A stretch of DNA of 55,801 bases, counting the filler, from Catajapyx aquilonaris (lineage: Eukaryota): assembly GCA_000934665.2 (NCBI GenBank). It is 2 parts of 2 records of this genome, joined end to end, with 100 filler letters (N's around TTAATTAATTAA, not from the genome) between each part and the next. Parts side by side here need not be neighbours in the genome. Positions count along the whole stretch, not along the records: positions 1 to 27,797 come from JYFJ02004996.1; positions 27,898 to 55,801 come from JYFJ02004997.1. The stretch is one strand, 5' to 3'. Under the pieces are notes generated by a model. That model had not been told where the DNA came from, searched no databases, and saw only the letters and a program-made list of their open reading frames with translations. A program made the position numbers and the translations under genes. Of this stretch, positions 24,060-34,668 are shown in pieces (the stretch's first letter is position 1; each line of letters starts with the position of its first letter).

Positions 24060-27000
24060 TATAAAAGGTCTAAATATTGGAATATTCGGCGTGCTATGCT
24101 GTGTTTAGAAATAATGTCACAGCAGCCTCTTGTGTCGCGCATTGATTATACTGTATCATTATCAACGCGCTAAACGTCATCGACAGAATGTTAGCCATTA
24201 TGATTTCGTGCACAGGTAAAATAGAAATATGACTTCAAATCATGGCCACGGGCTTATGTGCACTTGGTAATAATTTTTAGATATTGGGACACAATCATCC
24301 AGTGACTCTTGTGAGTTTTAGAAGTATGTTGCCTGAGATAATTTAATATAATGGTGACTTCAATATGGAAAGGTCATGTACACTCGAATAACATATTAAA
24401 GGCCATGGGATCGGTGGTATCCTTCAGTTCTATACTCTTCACTTTTACATTGGAAATAGAACAGGTCGCTAATTGCATGCAAGGACAATATTCGCCTCGG
24501 GCCCAGAGCCTTTCCCGCTGAATTTCATCCTGAAATCGTATTTTTCTCTTTTATGCACCAGCACCCATGATTTTCCTTCAGATTCTGTGGAAAATCTTGG
24601 TAGGACCAAACCTTAAGGCTGTATACTTTATGAACATCCAGAATCAATGTATCTTTGCTCAGTTGGGTTGATGGAGGCGAAGTGTCATTTATGAATCAGT
24701 TTCGACCCGACCGTATGCCCATCGTTGTATCAGGGAGCATATGCTCCCTGGTTGTATGTCATCCCTGATGTGTCTAGGGTCTTCAGGTACAATCTTTACC
24801 ACCGGATAGAAGAAAGGGCCCATCCTCACGTGACTTCACACGAGTCAGGCCATCAATGTCATCCCACAGATACAGGAACAGATTCAATCAAGGTCGCACA
24901 CTTTCATAACATATTATCACCACCAGTGAGAATTATCAATGCCCTATCATCAGCAATCGCAAGTGCGTTTAGAGAGCTCTCGTGCCAGTCTCGTGCCCAT
25001 TAATGATATGTGCCTCAATGCATCAGAATCTTTTTGATACAGCGTCATGCACGTAGGAGGATCAGAACCAGAAACACACGTGAAAATATCACCAGAACAA
25101 GAGGAAAATGGTCGAGCGTTCGTTCCCTCGTTCGTTGGGCTACCATCAGTGCGGCGCATATGGTTGCTTGTTCAGGAAAGGCCGTTGATCTCATCAGATT
25201 TGGCTGCATTTCCCTAATATCAGGCGTCAAGGTTATGATAATTATTTCATCTGAATACATGTTAAATTGTTGACCTTCTTTTCGATGTAGGTATGAGTTC
25301 CCAGTTGTTTGCAAAATTTTGGTGCAGCAAGTGATGGACAATGCTATATGTACCTGCATCCAGGTACTTAATAAATTGGCATGCAATGTTGTAGCTGCTG
25401 CTCCTCTTTCATCAGGATTCAATGCACTAGTTTGCAATGTTGTTAGTGGTTATGAAAGATGATGGAGTGTGTTTCCGACAGGAAGAAGTTACGCTACGAA
25501 TTGTCATTATGGGACAAGAATATGCTTAGAAATTGTTCCTACAGCTTTGGCTGCATTTCATGCAGCAATGCTTGTGCTTCTTGCAGTAATTGTTTGGTGT
25601 AAAACTGTGATTATGTTCTTCGTCACTGGTGGGAATGGTTCAAATCGGCGTAAACGAAGGTATATTGTTATATTAATTGTTACATAAGTAGCCCTTTTTG
25701 ACTGCGACTTTGGTCAGAAAGAAAATGGTCGTTCAAATATACCTGAGCCGGTCCCTTCCTCGCCTTAATCATCATATTGACCCCTCGTTTTCTGCCGCGT
25801 CCCTTCAGCATTTCTCTCACTTGAAAAAATAAAGAGGGTTATCTATCGTCTGCAAAGTTTCCGAGTCCCATTTTGTATAGGTATTATTCTTCTAAACACA
25901 TCAGTATGAGAAAAATTTTACTCAGAAAAATATTACAACGGGCTTGCTGCGTTATCTGATGTGGGTTGCTAATTTGTGATCTCGGCCAAATGCATCATGA
26001 CACGTGAGCCATCAACTACGTCCATGTCCATACGGACGTTCATTCATACAGAGGAGGTTGCTCCAGTGCATGCCGTGTTGTGTTTTGTCATCCTTCCTAA
26101 GAGCTCTTTTCACACTATTTCGCTTATGCTTGTTGTTGGGAAGTAGAGCTGACATGTCGCGGGTTCAGAGTCACCTCAGCTTCTTTGTCACATCACAGGA
26201 ACAATTGAGAAAATGAAATTCATCCTAGTATCTCTATATTGTATATGCAATGCAGTGTAGTCATCTTCGTCTGAATCTGTGCTGGAATATCGTGGGAATA
26301 TCTTCCTGTTCATTCCTGTTCTCAAGCATTGCAATGATGGTCACTCAGTTGACGTCTGATTTAATGATTCAGGCTTATAAAATTCAACTCTGTTTACTCT
26401 TTTAATATATGCGACTCCCGTTATTCTGGTTAATAAGTGCATCCTGCTTCGTATCCGGCCTCGATGAGGTCAAATTTTGACTGCTGTTCTTAATGCCCAT
26501 CACAGAATAAGTAATCCTGTTTGTTGGTAACCATCAAGATGCTCGTCATATTATTCGATCAAAGCCGGTGAGTGGTGTGGCCTTCCTTGTACCTTAAAAT
26601 GAATGGTGCCTGCCATGTCAAAATATCACCCTGATGTATTCAGAAAGACAGTTGAAAAGACTTGGACAAGTAAATACGAATACTGCATTAAATAGTCAAT
26701 AGTAAAAGCCAAGTCTGGGTCTTACAATGCTCTTTCCTCTCGTGAAGAATGACGAGTCCTGTTAAAATGCCTTCGCCTATCGTTCTTCTTCACCTGTTGG
26801 TACCGGCTACCGCTGCACCAGAGTTTGTAATCTGTTTATTAAATTGTTTGTGTTCAGCCTGTCATAGAAGATGCTGATCTTGGTAGCGAGCTTTCCCTTG
26901 AGGATATTCGTCGATCTTCAGTTTCTCTCATTGTGCTTAACCGCAACTCATCCAAAAAAAAATCCATATTCTGTCAGAGGAATGGCATGATGATAAGTCC

Positions 27001-27701
27001 AATCCACATGAAATAACCAAGATTCAACTTACAGCAAGGCTCTGAAGCTCTCCTGAAGCACCCATCTTGCCCAATGGCTCCTACATCTTTAAAGGGGGGG
27101 GGGGGGTGCCTCATAGNTTAGGACCAAGTGATGTAACACGTTTGTGACTGATCATTTTACATTTCAGGTATTCACATTAACACTTGGGTATTCCGTATAA
27201 CGTATCGTTGGATTATTAGTAGGAATTGTGAACGGTCGATGACACAAAAAGTGGCCCAACGATATCGTGGATTTATAATTGCATACGGAACAGTCCAAGG
27301 TATAGGTTAATGAAATATGCGCATGCCCGTGTTACTCATAATGAATGGGTTAGTGCACCTCTCGTGTTGGGCGTCTGGCTTAGATTTCCAGAGACTTTTC
27401 ACATGTTGTTTGCAATGGTTTTCCGAGTCGAAAAACGCACTTCTACTAAAATTAATTTTATGTTTTCACCTGAAATTATTGGCCTAATAATTATACAGCT
27501 TGTCCCAAATCTATCTTATGAAAATCACTGAGTATAAGGTAGTCTTCCTTCAGTCTCGTTCCATGATTTTATATCCAGATTCACTGTTAGCTCTGCCATT
27601 TTGTTGAAATTGTGTGTGAAGCAACTATCACAATTATTTAGTTCTCATTCTAACACCAGCACTTGAATATATTCCTGCAATGTGGAGAAAAATAGTCATA
27701 A
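24060..27701. repeat. Condensed duplicate of blocks spread over 9100-20710
   Basis: 24399-24620~9731-9934; 24500-24790~11530-11760; 25057-25283~12374-12590; 25395-25657~12675-12925; 25700-26162~13888-14337; 26502-26953~20252-20713; 27212-27653~14650-15098; 27658-27701~17508-17551. Confidence 0.9.
24630..25040 (-). pseudogene. DCAF11: DCAF11/WDR23-like WD40 gene remnant, copy 2
   Basis: HESSLNALAIADDRALIILTGGDNML, TRVKSREDGPFLLSGGKDCT and HFASINPTEQRYIDSGCS; retains a WD repeat deleted in copy 1. Confidence 0.75.
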
Positions 27702-27797
27702 CTAGCAGGATACCCGGCGTTGCTCGGGTTATGAAATACTTTTCCATAGGAGTGACCCATTGATTTGGTAGTAATCTTTGCAATAATTATGGCTATA
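27702..27797 (-). mobile_element. Helitron 3' terminus (truncated by the assembly gap)
   Basis: Minus strand reads acccgagcaacgccgggt hairpin, then atcctg, CTAG|T. The paralogous empty site at 17541-17556 shows an A|T target. Confidence 0.8.
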
Positions 27798-27897
27798 NNN
27801 NNNNNNNNNNNNNNNNNNNNNNNNNNNNNNNNNNNNNNNNNTTAATTAATTAANNNNNNNNNNNNNNNNNNNNNNNNNNNNNNNNNNNNNNNNNNNN
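27798..27897. other. Artificial scaffold spacer (N44-TTAATTAATTAA-N44)
   Basis: Exactly 100 nt with a central six-frame stop linker. Confidence 0.95.
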
Positions 27898-28140
27898 TAT
27901 TTTATTTAGACATGACTAAAGATAGCTAGCAGTACCGAGCAGTACCGTACTTATTTTTTGGCATATTTTTTGGCACCCACCCGTAGGCAGATTGGCTTGC
28001 CAGCCAACCGGAATGAGCCTTCAAGATGGCGGCAGCCATATGGAGGCTCCACTGGAGGGACATCCGCCATTTTCCGCCACCAGCGCCGTCTGGCCAGGAC
28101 ACAGGTGTTAACCTACCGTATTCGAGGAGTGTCATAGTCC
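27898..28140. mobile_element. Fragment of the fold-back element family at 34669-35929
   Basis: Near-identical to 35479-35707. Confidence 0.85.
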
Positions 28141-28219
28141 TGATTTTGACACTTAGCTGTCTATTTTAAGTAGTTACTTTTGCACAGTTACGTTTCATAG
28201 TTATCAAAAGTATTCGCTT

Positions 28220-28276
<57 letters not shown>
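28220..28276. repeat. (ACT)n microsatellite
   Basis: Direct observation; it resumes briefly after the inserted MITE at 28825. Confidence 0.95.
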
Positions 28277-28279
28277 ATA

Positions 28280-28824
28280 CAAGGTGTACTATTCTCTACT
28301 TTACCCGGAATTTCCTTGATAACTTTAACACGAATGAAGATATCGCAGCGAAATTTGAACTGAATTACCTTATTATGTGTATAAGGAAATGGAATCACAA
28401 CATGTGTTGGAAATGGCCACTATTTGCGTCCAGGTAGGCCTGAACACGACGCCCCATATTTTGGAAGGTTCTAGCCAGCATGACCTGAATTTCTTGGATG
28501 ATGTTTTCTTTCAGGGCTTCAATGGATCGTGGTTTTTTCTGGCACATTCGACCTTTCTGTACCGAAACAAACCATGATCCATCGACGCCTTGAAAGAAAA
28601 CATAATCCAAGAAATTCAGGCCGTGCTGGCTAGAACCTTCCAAAATATGGAGAGTCGTGTTCAGGCCTGCCTGGACGCAAATGGTGGCCATTTCCAACAC
28701 ATGTTGTGATCCCGTTCCATTTCCACATAACAAGGTTAGTTCAGTTGAAATTTCGTTGCGATATATTCATTCCTGTTAAAGTTATTAAAGAAATGCTGGG
28801 TAAAGTAGCGAGTGGGCCACCCTG
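28280..28824. mobile_element. Palindromic Tc1/mariner derivative made of two 3' ends
   Basis: TA flanks; both arms encode a transposase C-terminus (KPRSIEALKENIIQEI...RVQAYLDANSGHFQHML). Confidence 0.85.
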
Positions 28825-29019
28825 TACTACTACTTAAGGAAAGTCAAAAGAGCCTTCAAATACTTTCTCCAATTAATTTCATGAGCAAATTGTCATTTTC
28901 CCATGGCCACATTAATGTTATTGCCGTTCGATACTGTTCCGTTAACCAGTCAGTGTCCCCTAGCTTGTCATTTTCTAATACAGGGTCATCGAAAAAGAAT
29001 GCACATATTTTAAACCCCA

Positions 29020-29740
29020 ATAACCAGATATGTTCGGAAGTGTGCAAAGGACTATTGTACCGAGTTTCACGTCTTTGTCACCGAATGCAAGCTCCCTATT
29101 CACATAGTTTACGTAGAGAGTCCATTAGATCTGGAAACCCTGCGAGTGACCCCCAGCGGGGTCATCCATAGTGACCTCACTTCCAGACATGTTCAGTAGT
29201 GTCCAAAGACCAATTGGGGTGAGTTTTATGTTTTATCAGTGTTTTATTACCGAATGCAAGGTCTTTATTTATATATAAATATGCAGCACATGTTCGATTT
29301 GGCAACTCCGCGATAGTGACCCCTGGCGGGGCCACTAGGGGTCACCCACCGTGGCCCCACGTCCATATCTGTTGAGATGTGTTCAAAGAACTATTGTACC
29401 GAGTTGCACGTTTTTATCACCGAATGCAAGCTCCCAATTCACATGATCTTCGCAGAGAGGTATGTTGGGTCCGTTAGATCTGGCAACCCTGCGAATGACC
29501 CACAGCGGGGTCAGTCATCATGGTCCCACATCCAGAAATGTTCAGAAGTGTCCAAAGACCAATTTTGGCGAGTTTCATGTTTTTGTCACCGAATACAAGG
29601 TCCTAAAGGATGCTGTATTGATAGTTATGGCAACACTGCGAAATGGACCTCCACCTGGGTGTGTCATCGTCCAGATATGATCAGAAGTGTCCAAAGAACA
29701 AGCGTACCGAGTGTCATACTTTTGTCACAAAATGCAAAAT
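29020..29740. repeat. Diverged tandem repeat, about 140-180-bp units (about 5 copies, alternating types)
   Basis: Recurring ccaga.atgttcag.agtgtccaaagac...caccgaatgcaag near 29024, 29182, 29363, 29531 and 29671. Confidence 0.75.
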
Positions 29741-29763
29741 TCACCTCCTTAGCACCTGTATTA

Positions 29764-30662
29764 GTGTGGGAGACTGGGGCACAGTGGTCCACGTTTGAAC
29801 ATTTGAATTATTATAAGAGCTCCTGTTATACCCACACACCCAATTTTTTCAGCATAGTGGAGGTACTCTTTGGTAATATAAGTGACTAATATACAGGCTA
29901 TTCACAGGTAGTGCCATCCCTTTGACTTTAAAATATTTTAGAAGCTGACCTATGCAAATGGACCACTGTACCCCGATACCCGGGGCACAGTGGTCCGGAA
30001 GTGATTGGGACCCCTAATTCACACAAGAAGTAGGCCTATATTTTATTTTTTATCCTACATCTAACCTCTCGAAATAAACAGGAAATAAATAAAAGGGACA
30101 TCTGTTACTGCAAGCTGCAGACACAAGTGAAACATTGTGTCTCTCCGGAAAGTTGACCTTGTCCTGCCACATCCTTTGGCGAATGAGCTTTATTTCATAC
30201 TAGTGTCTGTCAAAACCAGTATATAAAACTACGATGACAAAGTTCTGTACAGAGGCAAAAGGGTAGTCCACAAAAAGGTGCTCACTGGTCCAAGGACCAC
30301 TGTGCCCCAGAGGGCAGCAACTGACATGATGTTATGAATCGTAGCTTCCATTCCAAATGGCGCTTTCCAAATTTCCAGCATTTATGCACAAAGGATGGCA
30401 CTATTCAACAACATTTTTACATCAGGGTCATGCCCAGCATCTACGCCTGACATGGCATTTAAACTGTGAGTTAGAAGTTACTTCTCTACCCTTCAAATAG
30501 ATTTCCCATGATACAGCAGGATCGCAGGCATCTCACAGGTGGCTGTCATGTTGGCAAGAAGCACAATGGTGACATGTTTCACGAGGTACCAGATGGAAGA
30601 CATTCTGGTTGCTTATACTTTTAAAATGGTAAGGACCACTGTGTGGCCCGGTATCCCCTACG
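29764..30662. mobile_element. pogo/Tc1-like MITE with repeated subterminal motif
   Basis: ggggcacagtggtcc / ggaccactgt motif at both ends and internally (about 29961-29996 and 30294-30310). Confidence 0.6.
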
Positions 30663-32140
30663 ACACCGATTACCGTATTTACATATTTCGAGCAACAAAT
30701 GGAGCTTATATCGAAACAAATTATGGTAAGACCAAAACTTTAGATCTTTCTTAGAATTTCCAAACTTAAATCATTTAGATATGTCCACAAGTTCTCGCTT
30801 TTTTAAAATCCGCGCATTCTTTTTCGATCACTCTGTATATGGAATCATATATTGTGTTCCTTAGAAAATGTCATGTCGAGTCACATGGCCGTTAACGGAC
30901 GGGGTGCCTATAGGGGTGAGTTCTGCCATTAGGCCTATGACAAATGTAGAAAATATGGTTGTAGAAATAATATATGAAGGCCTGAAATACAGAAGTATGT
31001 GAGTCACATTTGACTGATTTTGAGATACTTATGAGGGTTTGAAGTTTGAAGATTGCATTTCCCCTTTCGGAATTTATGCAAGGTTTATATCGTAATTATT
31101 CTGTCAGAAAGTACCCTTCGTGAGATGTAATAAACAATGCGTAACATGATTTTGAAAAAAAAGGACAAATCATTCTGCATTCCATCTCTTCATATTATTG
31201 TTATTTCCTGTGTCAAAGCAAACACTCAGATAAGTTAGTAAGTATACATCAGTTTTATTGAGTTTCTCTTAGGCTTGTCATAATCACTTTCGCTCGAAAA
31301 TTCAGAAAATGACTTCCACTATACGCCTTACGCCTTTGAGCGGGTAATTCGAGGTGGCATTCGCCAAACCACTATACCTGCTTTAGTATCTAGCCGAATG
31401 GAACCGCCTCCTCTTCATGCATGGCTTTGCAATTTACTTTCCACCTTCACCTCTATTGCAGTCCAAATAAGCTCTCTTGCCAAGATTGAAATTAACAGCC
31501 CGAAACTATAGTTTATTCGCACGTAGTCTGCTGTTCCACTCAAAACACACGGCCTTTTGTGCCTCAGGATATTATGAATCATCACTATCGTCTTCCCAGG
31601 ACACAATTTTGAGAGCTATTTCGCAAGTCCATCATAGAAGGCAACAACGCGGGGTCAAAGCCGCACTAATTCAACAATTCCTCTCGGGTTGGCATTCTCA
31701 TACCAAGTGCTCTGCCACTCCCTTATCAGGTTCGCTATGCATAGCTCCAATGCCAGTGCACGCATGTAGACGTATAAGACAGATGGGTGCTAGTTGATGA
31801 AAGAATCAATTTTCAGTATTATCACCAAATTGGTAAACATGCTAATTATTGTCATGGAATTCAAAAGCAACCTGAAAAACACGGATTAATTAATTAATTT
31901 GGAGTTTCCACACATGATCAATAAGTGCGTCATTGACTTCACTCTCAGTAAGGGTTAGTCAAAAGTGACAATCTTTTGTTGGAGCTATTTTCAATACAGT
32001 GACTAGTCAAATATTGCACTGTTTTTGTGCTCATTGTGAAATGGTCGGACTTAATAGACTTCATCAGACAATAGAGCAGGAAAAATGCTACTGAGTGGTG
32101 TAAGTAACTCAAACCGCCAAACTAAGTGAATCCTCCTGTA

Positions 32141-32782
32141 ATAATAATAATAATAATAATAATTTTTTTTACGTTACCCCGTGCTAGGGCCATAGGCCCT
32201 TATAGGGGGGTGGGATACCACCATTTGCTTCAATTTTCTATTTTTTCTTCTTACTCCGGTGCAAGGATGAAAGGACATGGGGAAAGGATAGGGATTTTTG
32301 GGGAGGGAACATGGGTGCAAGGTGCACGTCTGAAAACGGGTCATGTGCTGTTCCCCAGGAGGTTAGGTTGCCAGACACCTCCTTGGTGCAGGTCAGAGAC
32401 CCTCCTGACGCAGGTGAAAGGAAAGTTCCCCAGGTGGGGATCGAACCTGGGACCTTTCACACAGCAAGCCGAGACGTTACCATCACGGCCACCACACCTC
32501 CCCCTGTAATAATAATAATAATGGATACCCCGTGATAAGCCTCCTTGGGTTTTTTTAAGGGATCATCTTTTAATTGACCGACTTTACTCATTGCCTTTGC
32601 TGTGATGGATTTTGATAGTGGGAGGAAACGGGAGAACCCCGAGAAAACCCACGAGAACACGGAGCGAACCCATCGAAACTCTATCCACATAAGTATCCTC
32701 TGTCCGATCCGGGGATCGAACTCGGGACCTTAGAGCTGGAAGGCTGAGGCGCTAACCACTCCGCCACCGTGTCGCCCACGTG
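32141..32782 (-). mobile_element. tRNA-derived SINE with V-SINE-like core (body 32520-32778; tail interrupted by another SINE)
   Basis: Box A tggcggagtgg, box B gagttcgatccc, core gtgggttttctc...gtttcctcccac, (TAT)n tail, TSD gaatcctcctgta (32128-32140 / 32783-32795). Confidence 0.85.
32163..32503 (-). mobile_element. tRNA-derived SINE nested in the tail of the V-SINE-like element
   Basis: Box A tggccgtgatgg, box B ggttcgatccc, poly(A) end, duplicated flank cctgtaataataata. Confidence 0.8.
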
Positions 32783-32974
32783 GAATCCTCCTGTATACCG
32801 ACGATATTATACTATACCTCTGTATGCAGTAGGCGATACCTATACTATTCTCCTATACTCTGCATGCATTATTGGATGCGTCTGGTTGACGAGAATGAAA
32901 AGGCCACCAAACGTACAATTGGCTATAGCTCCACGTTGGGTTGTGCTCCTATTTTATACTCTGTATATTAGGTA

Positions 32975-33118
32975 CTATCGGGTTCAAATACTTTTGACCA
33001 CTTATTATCCTGGTCTTGAAGCAACCCTTCGCACAGACCCCACGTTAAGGAGGTGTGTGCGTGTGAAGGGTTGCTTCAAGACCAGGATAAAGTGGCCAAA
33101 AGTATTTGAACCCGATAG
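32975..33118. mobile_element. Small palindromic Tc1-like MITE
   Basis: About 55-bp TIRs ctatcgggttcaaatactttt...; gTA/TAc flanks. Confidence 0.8.
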
Positions 33119-33242
33119 TACCTGTCACTGATAAATTCTGGGGTCCGATAGGCAAACTGTGGGTTGTTTTAATGTGTTTAGTGATTGGCGTCAATCTTGA
33201 TCATGAAATGTTCGCTATTACTGATAGAGACACCTGATTATT

Positions 33243-33265
33243 TCTCTCTCCCTCCCTCCCTCCCT

Positions 33266-33322
<57 letters not shown>

Positions 33323-33335
33323 CCCCCCCTCTCTC
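33243..33335. repeat. (CT)n/(CCCT)n microsatellite
   Basis: Direct observation. Confidence 0.95.
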
Positions 33336-33854
33336 TGCTTGTAATACTACTCCATACTTGTACTTGTCTTGTCTAGCAAAATCTTTAGATCTGCTGCAAA
33401 TTTTGAGATATCAATATTGACTGCCGAAATTTAAAGCTAGATGAAAAGGAGTTTGAATAAGGATGGAGGCCGCCAGCCTGAATCTGGTACGCCACCAGTT
33501 CTGTAATGTGTAAGCAGGCTTTGGGCAGATTCCTTTCACCTCGTATGAAGCATCAAGGAATTTCCCTTCAGTATAACCTTCCAGCTCAGAAACAAACGGG
33601 TTCGTGCCTAGGAATTATTAAAACTCGGATTTATTGGGTGTAATAGATTGGTGGGCGGGGAGCGTGTAAGTGTAATTTTCTTCTTGGAAGATAAGCGGGG
33701 CCGCTAAAATTTTCGCTCGCGTGAAGTAACAGCCAGGTTACAAAGTAAACAGTTGCGAGGAGGTGCCAACCAGATTTACTCCATTATCCCCCCAGCTGTA
33801 CTGTTTGTGTAAGTGTAGGCGTGTCTTAACCAAAGCTGGATAAAGTGGATAAAA

Positions 33855-34150
33855 TGGTAAATGGTTGGGTTGGGCTTCTTGTCGTGCTTTGGGAGTAATT
33901 TTAGCCAGTGCTTAGGTTACTGCGACGTGCTGCTTTTGAAGGTGTTGCGCTTTCATGTAATACAAGACCAAAACATGAACAGCTCGCCCAGCTGGCACAG
34001 TAGTCGGGTGTTGCTCCAGGAAGATGTGCTGGCAGAATATTGGCGTTGTCGGCAAGGTTTACGTCTTAGCAATAAGAGCAAGGTTACACTTGAGAACTTT
34101 ATCATGCAGTTTTCATTCACATTTCGGATTGCACAAGGCTGCCTCAGGTG
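33855..34150 (-). pseudogene. Possible P-element/THAP9-like transposase C-terminal remnant
   Basis: KLHDKVL...IFCQHIFLEQ...LVLYYMKAQH...ARQEAQPNHLPF loosely resembles P-transposase C-termini; several stops. Confidence 0.25.
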
Positions 34151-34166
34151 ACTTGTTATGGATGCG

Positions 34167-34538
34167 CCCGCTGTATGTTCGGATGCAAACCTCCATAATA
34201 TGGAGGTTTGCATCCGAACATACAGCGGGATACCGACAAACCTTTAGTGTGATCTCGGGCGAACCCATGTAGTATAGCATAATATGCTATACTACATGGC
34301 GAAAAGTGCATTATGGCGGTAACTAGGCTGCGGGTAACAAACGACCCCCCTCCATAAAGTGATTCTCTGGTTCGCCCGAGATCACACTAAGGCCCCTAGT
34401 CTGATGACCCCGGGTAAGCTATCCCGGGGGCAATCACCATGGCAGCATATGTAAAAGGATAGCAGTAAACAACCAGTTACCCCAGGGGGCAAGCTACCCC
34501 GGGTCACCAGACTATATACCTAAAGGTTTGTCGGTATC
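34167..34538. mobile_element. Cluster of five nested or adjacent palindromic mini-elements
   Basis: Perfect hairpins 34167-34229 and 34265-34299; inverted pairs 34229-34247/34520-34538, 34244-34265/34369-34390 and about 34397-34420/34492-34514. Confidence 0.8.
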
Positions 34539-34668
34539 TTTCTGAAGCATCCTGTATAATGCTTGTATCAGAACTGGTGAATACTTACTTGTTAGCGCCC
34601 CAACACCCTCCCACTCATATGCCTGCTTGGAAAACCATATTTGTAGCACTCAGTCGACAAGTCGTCTC

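Larger units (their letters stand above)
28981..30835 (+). mobile_element. Tc1/mariner shell containing nested repeats
   Basis: TIRs cagggtcatcgaaaaagaatgc / gcattctttttcgatcactctg with TA flanks; C-terminal remnant DYRIYIFRATNGAYIE near 30665-30715. Confidence 0.65.

Noticed and set aside
29020..29740. CRISPR-like periodicity
   Set aside because: Whole units are homologous (no unique spacers), the context is eukaryotic, and there are no cas genes.
29377..29889. 170-aa ORF
   Set aside because: It lies in a tandem repeat and a MITE, with no protein-like features.
34265..34299. loxP-like look (gtatagcata)
   Set aside because: It lacks the ATAACTTCGTATA arms and the asymmetric 8-bp spacer.
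34400..34440. Hammerhead core CTGATGA
   Set aside because: No correctly placed GAAA or stems; it is part of a palindromic element.
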